From Candidatus Cloacimonadota bacterium (GTDB taxonomy: Bacteria; Hydrothermota; E44-bin80), in NCBI GenBank assembly GCA_004375965.1, contig SOIS01000152.1:1-56940 (forward strand): a DNA stretch of 56,940 nucleotides. Direction: 5' to 3'. Each line of letters begins with the position of its first letter. Within the stretch, counting starts at the first letter, position 1. Positions 1 to 6,663 of this stretch are shown here, one piece after another. The notes beneath the pieces were generated by a model. It did no database searches. It was not told the origin of the DNA and saw nothing but the letters and a program-made list of their open reading frames with translations. The position numbers and the translations under genes were made by a program.

Positions 1-32
1 ATAAGACATCCTTCTCTTTATAGATGTACTGT

Positions 33-428
33 TTATGGGATTAAAAGTTTCTGGCGAATCTCCTCAGGAAAGGGGACAATCTTACCTTCCCTATCGATGA
101 ACGCATGTTTTGTCATTCCCTCTGCAAGAATTTTGTCCTCTCCATTTCTAATAAAGTAATGAAACTTCATAGATGCTTTGCCAATGGATGTTACTTCTGT
201 TTCGATTCTTAACAAGTCATCATACTGCGCTGGTTTCTTATATTTTGCCCAGACCTCAAGAACAGGTAAGAGAAATCCCTCCTCTTCTATCTCCTTATAG
301 CCTTTGCCTCTTTTTCTTATATACTCTGTTCTTCCTATCTCAAAGTACTCCAGATATTTTGCATAATAGACATATCCCATATTATCTGTTTCCGCATATC
401 TGACCCTGACTTCTATAGTATCACCCAT
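33..428 (-). CDS. acyl-CoA thioesterase, 4HBT/YbgC-like hotdog fold
   Basis: 131-aa ORF. The N-terminus VRVRYAETDNMGYVYYAKYLEYFEIGRTEY matches the YbgC/4HBT thioesterase pattern. It starts 3 nt after the stop of the radical SAM gene. Confidence 0.8.
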   Translation of the reverse strand: MGDTIEVRVRYAETDNMGYVYYAKYLEYFEIGRTEYIRKRGKGYKEIEEEGFLLPVLEVWAKYKKPAQYDDLLRIETEVTSIGKASMKFHYFIRNGEDKILAEGMTKHAFIDREGKIVPFPEEIRQKLLIP

Positions 429-431
429 AAG

Positions 432-1766
432 CTATCCTTTCGAACAGAAAATAGCCTTATCCTTTGCCTTGTTGTAGAGTGGGCATCCATTACCACAAAG
501 ATTTAGATCCGGGCAAACCTTGCATTTTTCTTCTGCATATTCCCTGTTTCTTAAATATTGTGCAACATCGGAGTTCCAGATCTTCTCCCAGAAATCATTC
601 AAGATATTTCCCATGGTCTCAAAATAGCTCTGGCATGGAATGACATCTCCATTTGGCTCTATAGCAATGTTATATTTTGCAGCAGAGCACTGTTTCAAAC
701 CTACACCCGCTACACAGGGGTCAAAAACACAGTAGTGTGTTGGCGTGTACCATATGAAATCCAATTTATGTTCCTCTGCTTTTTCTTTTATTCTCCTGAC
801 ATATTTACCTATCTTCTCTTCTTCAATACCTGTTCCAACCGCGCATCCATTTCCTGAATAGATGAGGCTATTGTATGCAAACTTCTCAATTCCTATATGC
901 TTAAGAAATGCGATATGCTCTTCTATCTCATTACAATTATCCGTTGTGAGTGTTGTATTTGTGAGGACATAAAGAGGAGAATTGAGACTGTTTTTTATCC
1001 CTTCCAGTGTTTCTTTCCATCCATCTGCTTTAACCATCTTGTTATGGGTCTTTTCTCTATGTGATTCAATTGTAATCTGAATATGGTCAAGTCCAGCACT
1101 TACAAGTTCACTTACCAGTTCTTGAGTGAGTAGTCTTCCATTGGTGATTACTCCTGTAACGAGTCCAATCTCCTCTGCATACGAAACGAGTTCTGGTAGG
1201 TCTTTCCTCAAGGTTGGTTCTCCTCCTGTAAATGTAATGTGTGGAATACCAATGTCCCAGAGTCTTCTTATTACATTTTTCCAACTCTCTTTTTCCATTT
1301 CCGGAAAAGGTTTTTGCCTTCCTACATAACAGTGTTCACAGTTATTATTACATCGGTATGTTAGAACAATATCCGACCTGTAAGGTACAGAGATGGGTTT
1401 TGTGAATGCATCAATTCTATCCATTCCAAGGAAGAGTTCAGGTACAATTCTATCCGATGTCGCAATTTCGAAAATCGTATTTTTTAGTTTCATATAATCA
1501 TATTCTGCTTTCCTTCTCTTAACCCTGTATTTTGAACAGATTTCTTCTACAACCTCTCTATCTTCCTTTTCATCTATAATATACTTTGCAAACTCTGTTG
1601 CCGTTCTATTCAAATGTAATACCCTTGATGCGTTTATTACAAGTAATCCTCTTCCATCCTCGTCCACCCTGAGATGTATCCGATAACCCTGATATCTCCC
1701 ACTCTTACCTCTCTTATGATACAATCCCTTCCGAATCGGTTTTGCTGCTTTCTTAAAAAATCCCAT
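432..1766 (-). CDS. radical SAM/SPASM-domain enzyme with N-terminal PqqD-like (RRE-like) region; putative peptide/protein-modifying maturase
   Basis: 444-aa ORF with a CX3CX2C motif in VLTYRCNNNCEHCYVG and a GGEPTL motif. C-terminal Cys-rich SPASM-type block: CVAGVGLKQC...GDVIPC...CKVCPDLNLCGNGCP. The first ~100 aa (LLVINASRVLHLNRTATEFAKYII...VVEEICSKYRV) resemble PqqD/RiPP-recognition elements. Confidence 0.85.
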   Translation of the reverse strand: MGFFKKAAKPIRKGLYHKRGKSGRYQGYRIHLRVDEDGRGLLVINASRVLHLNRTATEFAKYIIDEKEDREVVEEICSKYRVKRRKAEYDYMKLKNTIFEIATSDRIVPELFLGMDRIDAFTKPISVPYRSDIVLTYRCNNNCEHCYVGRQKPFPEMEKESWKNVIRRLWDIGIPHITFTGGEPTLRKDLPELVSYAEEIGLVTGVITNGRLLTQELVSELVSAGLDHIQITIESHREKTHNKMVKADGWKETLEGIKNSLNSPLYVLTNTTLTTDNCNEIEEHIAFLKHIGIEKFAYNSLIYSGNGCAVGTGIEEEKIGKYVRRIKEKAEEHKLDFIWYTPTHYCVFDPCVAGVGLKQCSAAKYNIAIEPNGDVIPCQSYFETMGNILNDFWEKIWNSDVAQYLRNREYAEEKCKVCPDLNLCGNGCPLYNKAKDKAIFCSKG

Positions 1767-1824
1767 AGCCTATTTTATTCGGTTTATTCTCCGTGTCATT
1801 ACGAGCTCCAAAGTCCCTTCTATT

Positions 1825-1871
1825 AAATCCCCCTCAATCCCCCTTTTTCAAAGGGGGAAACAGGGGGATTT
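1825..1871 (-). terminator. GC-rich nested stem-loop between the Cys-Ala-tail gene and the radical SAM gene (possible partial terminator/attenuator)
   Basis: Outer stem aaatccccc (1825-1833) pairs with gggggattt (1863-1871). Inner stem tccccctt (1838-1845) pairs with aaggggga (1851-1858) around a 5-nt loop. It lies 4 nt downstream of the stop at 1875-1877. There is no long U-tract afterwards. Confidence 0.45.
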
Positions 1872-1874
1872 TGG

Positions 1875-3527
1875 CTACCTTCCTCCTCCAGCACAGGCAC
1901 AGGCACAGCCAGCACAGGCGCAAGCGCAGGCACAACCACCACCACTTGATGACCAGCCTCCTGAACGTGAACTAACCGGGACGGGATTTGTAACCTTTGT
2001 AACAGCACTCTGAAAACCTGTTATGTTACTTACTATTCTATTGGAAAAACTTTCTATCCCGGTTACTATAGAGTTTGCAAAATGGGAACCTGGAAGTTGT
2101 GGCATTGATAGACCTGGTACTTTAATACCAGGGGTGGGAGAGATGGCAGCGGTCGGTCTTGCAAATCCGGGATGATAATATCCCCACCAGAGAGGTGCTA
2201 TTATGGTGGTATCTCTGAACGAGGTATTCATTTTTTCTTCATAATCCTTATCCATCAAGAGCCATTCAAGGTTTTTATCAAATGCCTTGGATAATAACTC
2301 TGGGGTATTTGCTTCCTTCATTTCTGTCCAAGCTCTGTTAAGGATTCCTCTATAATATTCCCTTGTTTTCTTTCTTGAGAACCCTTTTGTCTTCTTATTT
2401 ACTGACTTTATTAAATTTATGAATGTTGTCCTCAAAATCCTCTGTTTGATTATACCATCTTTACCTATTGTTTTTAGGAAATCTTTCTCATAATCGTGGA
2501 GCTTTTGCTTTTTTTCTTTCTCTTCTACTATTTCGAGAAGAAGTGGTTCCTTTGTCTTCACCTTTATAACTCTCTTTTTGATTAATCCGAAGAGTATCAA
2601 TGTTGCTACCTTATTGAGAGGGAGTTCTAAAAGGGTTGCTGACTCTACTGCGGTAAGTCCTCTTTTTATTCCCACACCTTCAATTGAAAGGGTTGGAGGA
2701 AGATATCCCATTTTTCTTTTCGAAGAATTGATAGCACCAATGACGGCAATAAAGATAAAAAAGCCAATGATAATACAGGGACAAGAACTTCCTATAAGAC
2801 CGAAGATGGCAGAAAAGAAAGAACCAATGACTTTCCCTAAAGAAAATTTCCTTGGCGGTTTTGTTACAATTGCTTCATCAGGAATATATTGTTTAGGAAA
2901 GGAAGCACCAAATATATACTGTTCGGATGGAGATGCATAGAGAATAGAAAACTTGTACCACACACGACCAGAAGAATCGACAGCTGCTTCCGTAAACTTA
3001 ACTGCGTGGTATTTCTGTTCCTCAGGCTTTACACCAGGGGGAAAAATAAAGTAACAGACAAGGTCAGTTGTTCCATGGGTAAATTGGCTTCCAAACCAGG
3101 TGGGTGAAAAGACTACGGAAGCGTATGTTTCATCCTCTGTGTCCGGAAATATCATATACTTTGTGTTGATTGAGAACAGTAGTGTTCCTGTCTCTCCAGG
3201 AGAAATCTCATGTGTACCAAGATGGACCTCAACACCTGGATGAACATATTTAGAAGGTTGTATTTTATTCAGTTTAATACCATCTATCTCTGCAAAGGCC
3301 GATTTTAGATCATACCACTCATTTGGCATTCCTATATCAACAGTATCTATGGAATGTGCGTATTCATCACAGGTAAATTGAATCTCATAACTTATTGTGC
3401 AGGTTCCATCACTATTGATATAGAGTGCGGAATAGTTTTTATCTACTGTAAAACTATAATCCTGACAGAAGATGCTTGCTGCGGTGAAGAAAAGAAAGAA
3501 AAGGAGTAGCATTAGTCTTTTTACCAT
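1875..3527 (-). CDS. DUF2207-like membrane protein with C-terminal Gly/Ser-rich segment and (Cys-Ala)n tail
   Basis: 550-aa ORF. Signal peptide MVKRLMLLLFFLFFTAASIFC, N-terminal ectodomain, and hydrophobic block VIGSFFSAIFGLIGSSCPCIIIGFFIFIAVIGAI. The C-terminus is ...SGGWSSSGGGCACACACAGCACACAGGGR. Its start overlaps the upstream stop (ATGGTAA). The DUF2207 assignment rests on architecture only. Confidence 0.8.
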   Translation of the reverse strand: MVKRLMLLLFFLFFTAASIFCQDYSFTVDKNYSALYINSDGTCTISYEIQFTCDEYAHSIDTVDIGMPNEWYDLKSAFAEIDGIKLNKIQPSKYVHPGVEVHLGTHEISPGETGTLLFSINTKYMIFPDTEDETYASVVFSPTWFGSQFTHGTTDLVCYFIFPPGVKPEEQKYHAVKFTEAAVDSSGRVWYKFSILYASPSEQYIFGASFPKQYIPDEAIVTKPPRKFSLGKVIGSFFSAIFGLIGSSCPCIIIGFFIFIAVIGAINSSKRKMGYLPPTLSIEGVGIKRGLTAVESATLLELPLNKVATLILFGLIKKRVIKVKTKEPLLLEIVEEKEKKQKLHDYEKDFLKTIGKDGIIKQRILRTTFINLIKSVNKKTKGFSRKKTREYYRGILNRAWTEMKEANTPELLSKAFDKNLEWLLMDKDYEEKMNTSFRDTTIIAPLWWGYYHPGFARPTAAISPTPGIKVPGLSMPQLPGSHFANSIVTGIESFSNRIVSNITGFQSAVTKVTNPVPVSSRSGGWSSSGGGCACACACAGCACACAGGGR

Positions 3528-3949
3528 TTGGGGGCCTCCTCTATTTCATAAACAGAACCACAATATTGGCAGGAAGCAATAATTGCTCCTTCCTTTAGTG
3601 TTATACTATTCTTATCAATATGAGCACCACATTTCTGACATTTCAATGTCTCCATTTTAACATCGCCTGAAAGGTCAATTTTCTGGGTAATCTCTATCTT
3701 TTGTTCCTTTGGATGGAGCCTTCTGTAAATGAAAACGGTAATACCAATTGTTATAGCTATAAAGACAAGACCGATGACAATAAGAATGATTCCAGTTGAA
3801 AGTCGTGCACCACTATCAACACCGGGGGCACCTGCAGACCAGATAAACAATACACCGAAAAAGAGAAAGCTAAGTGAGAAAAACCCACCGAGAAAAAGAA
3901 TTGCTAATTGGATACAACCAAGCCCCTTTTTTTCTTTATTATTCGTCAT
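3521..3949 (-). CDS. small membrane protein with C-terminal zinc-ribbon
   Basis: 142-aa ORF with two or three hydrophobic helices, then CQKCGAHIDKNSITLKEGAIIASCQYCG (CxxC...CxxC). RBS gaggaaagga lies upstream. It is translationally coupled to the next gene. Confidence 0.7.
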   Translation of the reverse strand: MTNNKEKKGLGCIQLAILFLGGFFSLSFLFFGVLFIWSAGAPGVDSGARLSTGIILIVIGLVFIAITIGITVFIYRRLHPKEQKIEITQKIDLSGDVKMETLKCQKCGAHIDKNSITLKEGAIIASCQYCGSVYEIEEAPKW

Positions 3950-4422
3950 TTTCCTTTCCTCATTTTAACACAAAGTCATTGAGTAATTAAGTAATTAGGT
4001 TATTCCAGAGCTTCCACTATCTGGCGTCTCTTCACTATAATTTATTTCCCATCCGCTATTTTGCTTTTTACTTTACACTTGTAATTTCTTCCTTCTCCTT
4101 ACTCCCTGCTCCCCTCTTTTACCCTGCTAATTTATGGCTTCTATGAAGTTCCTTATGGGAAGGTTTTCCTACACTCTTTTTTTTACTGAAGATCGAGAAT
4201 ATGAAACTAAAAATTGGGAGTGTTATGACAAATGAGAAGAAAATATTCTTTATAACATCTCTCCTATTCAATTTCTTTATTTTTTTCAACATTTTCTCCT
4301 TATTTTTTATTCTTTACTACCTGCTACTTACGCTTTACGCTTTTCTTCCCCTGCTCGTAGGCTAAAGCCTGCGACTACTTTCCCTCCCTACTCCTTACTG
4401 TTTACTCCATACTATCATTTCT

Positions 4423-5319
4423 TTAGAGGTAACCGATGCTTCTGAGTATTGTTGCATTTTGCCTCCATTTTTTTCTTGTCTTCACGAAAAGTTCAAGGAA
4501 AACAGGTCTGTTAAGGAAGGGTTCGATATTTTTCCTTGCAGCTATTCCAAGATTCTTTATTGCTTCCCCCTTTTTACCTATTATGATTTTCTTTTGACTA
4601 TCTCTTTCAACTAAAATTACTACCTTTATGTAATCCTTTTTCCTTTCATTGGCTTCACGAAACTCTTCTATATATACTGCTGTGCAGTATGGAATCTCTT
4701 CACCATACTGGAGAAATATCTGTTCTTTTATTATTTCAGCAACAAAAAATCTTTCTGGTTGTGAAGAGATTGTATCCCTTGGGAAAAGAGGAGGGCCTGG
4801 AGGAAGATATTCTTTTAAGGTTTTAAGGATGTCATCCGTATTTATACCTTTTAAAGCAGAGATTGGTATGATTTCCTTAAAGAGAAGCGATTCATTTGCC
4901 TCGTCTATTAAGGGTAAAAGTGAATTCTTGTTTACTAAGTCAATCTTATTTATTATGAGAAAAACAGGTTTTTTTATTTTTTTCATTGTTTCAAGTATAT
5001 AGAAATCCAATTCTTTCTGCTTTATATCAATCATATAGAGGATAATCTCTGCTTCTCCTATTGTTTGCATTGCAATTCTCACCATGATTTTCTGGAGTTC
5101 ATAGTTTGGTTCAAAGATTCCTGGGGTATCAAGAAAGATAATCTGGGAATTGGAATCGTTGTAAATTGCTATAACCTTTTTTCTTGTTGTTTGTGGTTTA
5201 TGCGTAACAGCAGAGATTTTTGTTGCAAGAAGCGTATTAAGAAGTGTTGATTTACCCACATTGGGTTTTCCAATAATAGCTGCATATCCACATCTAAAAC
5301 CATTATCCTTAGTATCCAT
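4423..5319 (-). CDS. era: GTPase Era
   Basis: 298 aa. G1 motif GKPNVGKSTLLN, DTPG, NKID, and a C-terminal KH-type region. Confidence 0.95.
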   Translation of the reverse strand: MDTKDNGFRCGYAAIIGKPNVGKSTLLNTLLATKISAVTHKPQTTRKKVIAIYNDSNSQIIFLDTPGIFEPNYELQKIMVRIAMQTIGEAEIILYMIDIKQKELDFYILETMKKIKKPVFLIINKIDLVNKNSLLPLIDEANESLLFKEIIPISALKGINTDDILKTLKEYLPPGPPLFPRDTISSQPERFFVAEIIKEQIFLQYGEEIPYCTAVYIEEFREANERKKDYIKVVILVERDSQKKIIIGKKGEAIKNLGIAARKNIEPFLNRPVFLELFVKTRKKWRQNATILRSIGYL

Positions 5320-5330
5320 TTTTTCTCTGG

Positions 5331-5359
5331 ATGATAAGGCAAAACAAGTGGTTTGTCAA
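5331..5359 (-). promoter_or_regulatory. sigma70-type promoter of era
   Basis: Reverse complement reads TTGACA, a 17-nt spacer, then TATCAT. Only 11 nt (ccagagaaaaa, no SD) separate the -10 from the ATG. Confidence 0.55.
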
Positions 5360-5445
5360 CTGGATTTTTGGCGATCTATGAAAAAGCTATTCAAAGAACT
5401 CCCATATTTTAATCAAAGTAATATGGTCTTTAATCTGTGAAATCA

Positions 5446-5472
5446 GAGATTTCTAACTTTTTTAGAAATCTC
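5446..5472. promoter_or_regulatory. perfect 11-bp inverted repeat (candidate operator or hairpin) in the era/thi4 divergent spacer
   Basis: gagatttctaa cTTTt ttagaaatctc: 11-bp arms with a 5-nt loop. It ends 13 nt upstream of the thi4 -35 element. Confidence 0.4.
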
Positions 5473-5484
5473 AAAAAATTCCTG

Positions 5485-5513
5485 TTGACAAAGTTGTTAA
5501 CTTGCGTTAAATC
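5485..5513 (+). promoter_or_regulatory. candidate sigma70-type promoter of thi4
   Basis: TTGACA at 5485-5490. The -10 is weaker: TTAAAT or TAAATC at about 5507-5513. Confidence 0.4.
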
Positions 5514-5611
5514 ATACTTATGAGTTACTCGAGAAATTTCATCTTGTAATTTAATCTGTGTAGTCTTTTTTAGATGTAATCAGATGTATGAATAATGTAT
5601 CAGGAGGAGAG

Positions 5612-6394
5612 ATGAAGAAGATTTTTTCAAAGGTTGGCGAGAAGGAAGTAACGAGAGCTATCGTTGAAGAATTCGCAAAGCAGTTTCTTGATTATGTGGA
5701 GTCAGATTGTATTATTGTTGGTGGAGGTCCTTCTGGACTTATGGCAGGGAGTGTCATTTCTAAGAAGGGGAATAAGGTTTTAATTATTGAAAGAAATAAC
5801 TATCTTGGCGGAGGGTTCTGGCTTGGTGGTTATCTTATGAATATGATAACAGTACGAGACCCTGCACAGAAGATGCTTGACAAAATTGGCGTTCCATACA
5901 GAGAATCGTCAAAGTCCTTATATGTTGCTGATGGACCCCATGCCTGTTCAAAACTTATTGCTTATGCCTGTGATAGAGGTGTGAAATTTGCAAATATGAC
6001 CATGGTTAATGATGTAGTTTTAAGAGAAAAAAACAGGGTATGTGGTGTTGTTATAAACTGGACACCCGTTGAGGAACTTCCCAGAGGATTAGCCTGTGTT
6101 GACCCTGTTGCATTAGAGACAAAGATCGTAATAGATGCCACAGGTCATGATGCAACTGTTGTAAAGAAATTGGAAGAAAGAGGAATTATTAAATTAAAGG
6201 GAGAAGGTGCAATGTGGATAGAGCAATCAGAGGATTTGGTTGTCGAATATACATCAGAGGTGCATCCAGGGCTTATTGTCTGTGGTATGTCGGTCTCTGC
6301 AACCTTTGGTTTGCCAAGAATGGGACCAACATTTGGATCAATGCTTCTCTCGGGAGAAAAGGCAGGGAATCTTGTTCTTGAAAAGTTGAAGTAA
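5612..6394 (+). CDS. thi4: thiazole synthase Thi4 family (archaeal/eukaryotic-type thiamine thiazole biosynthesis)
   Basis: FAD dinucleotide motif IIVGGGPSGL, and IDATGHDA. I prefer the internal ATG at 5612 because AGGAGG sits at 5602-5607. The ORF is open from 5588. Confidence 0.85.
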   Translation: MKKIFSKVGEKEVTRAIVEEFAKQFLDYVESDCIIVGGGPSGLMAGSVISKKGNKVLIIERNNYLGGGFWLGGYLMNMITVRDPAQKMLDKIGVPYRESSKSLYVADGPHACSKLIAYACDRGVKFANMTMVNDVVLREKNRVCGVVINWTPVEELPRGLACVDPVALETKIVIDATGHDATVVKKLEERGIIKLKGEGAMWIEQSEDLVVEYTSEVHPGLIVCGMSVSATFGLPRMGPTFGSMLLSGEKAGNLVLEKLK

Positions 6395-6447
6395 ATAAAA
6401 ACTTATTTAAACGCAGGTTTACACCCAAAACAAATCCCTAATTACCC

Positions 6448-6663
6448 TTATTTCTTTTCTTTTGCTTCTTTAAGAGCTTCCATTAAACATTTCTGGAGAT
6501 ATGGACCAGGTTTATATTTGAATTCTGTATTAAGTCTTTCAAGCGCTTCAATTGCTTCGTTTGAAATTATGATAGAATACTCGCAATGACGTTTGTTCCT
6601 TGAATATGAATTAAAAGGTGGTTCATATTTCAAAATATGAAATTTGCTTTTTTTTGATTTCAT
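6448..6663 (-). CDS. small hypothetical protein, possibly ribbon-helix-helix-like
   Basis: 71-aa ORF overlapping the 3' end of the upstream ATPase gene by 41 nt. The pattern YSIIISNEAIEALERL...PGPYLQKCLMEALKEA could be strand-helix-helix. There is no clear SD. Confidence 0.35.
   Translation of the reverse strand: MKSKKSKFHILKYEPPFNSYSRNKRHCEYSIIISNEAIEALERLNTEFKYKPGPYLQKCLMEALKEAKEKK

Noticed and set aside
1878-1895. Considered the C-terminal CAGGGR as an anaerobic sulfatase-maturase (C-x-A/P-x-R) target motif.
   Set aside because: The spacing does not fit C-x-[PA]-x-R, and the protein has no sulfatase domain.
1793-2008. A 60-aa His/Arg-rich ORF (+) and a 61-aa ORF (-) across the Cys-Ala tail region.
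   Set aside because: These are shadow frames of the GC-rich (TGY GCY)n stretch. The 550-aa frame is continuous with a long, well-formed protein.
4311-4325. A 12-nt exact inverted match (tctttactacct) with 39949-39960, and recurring ATTTCTG/CAGAAAT words including cagaaac-cagaaat-cagaagt at 45525-45545 and ATTTCTGAAAAA at 13107 and 46962.
   Set aside because: By rough estimate, a 57-kb AT-rich sequence should contain hundreds of chance 12-mer matches. These words are not demonstrably a repeat family without genome-wide statistics.
5514-5611. A TPP riboswitch was expected upstream of thi4.
   Set aside because: I could not find the CUGAGA and ACCUGAUCUGG cores by eye on either strand of the spacer. 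I report it as absent pending a covariance-model scan.
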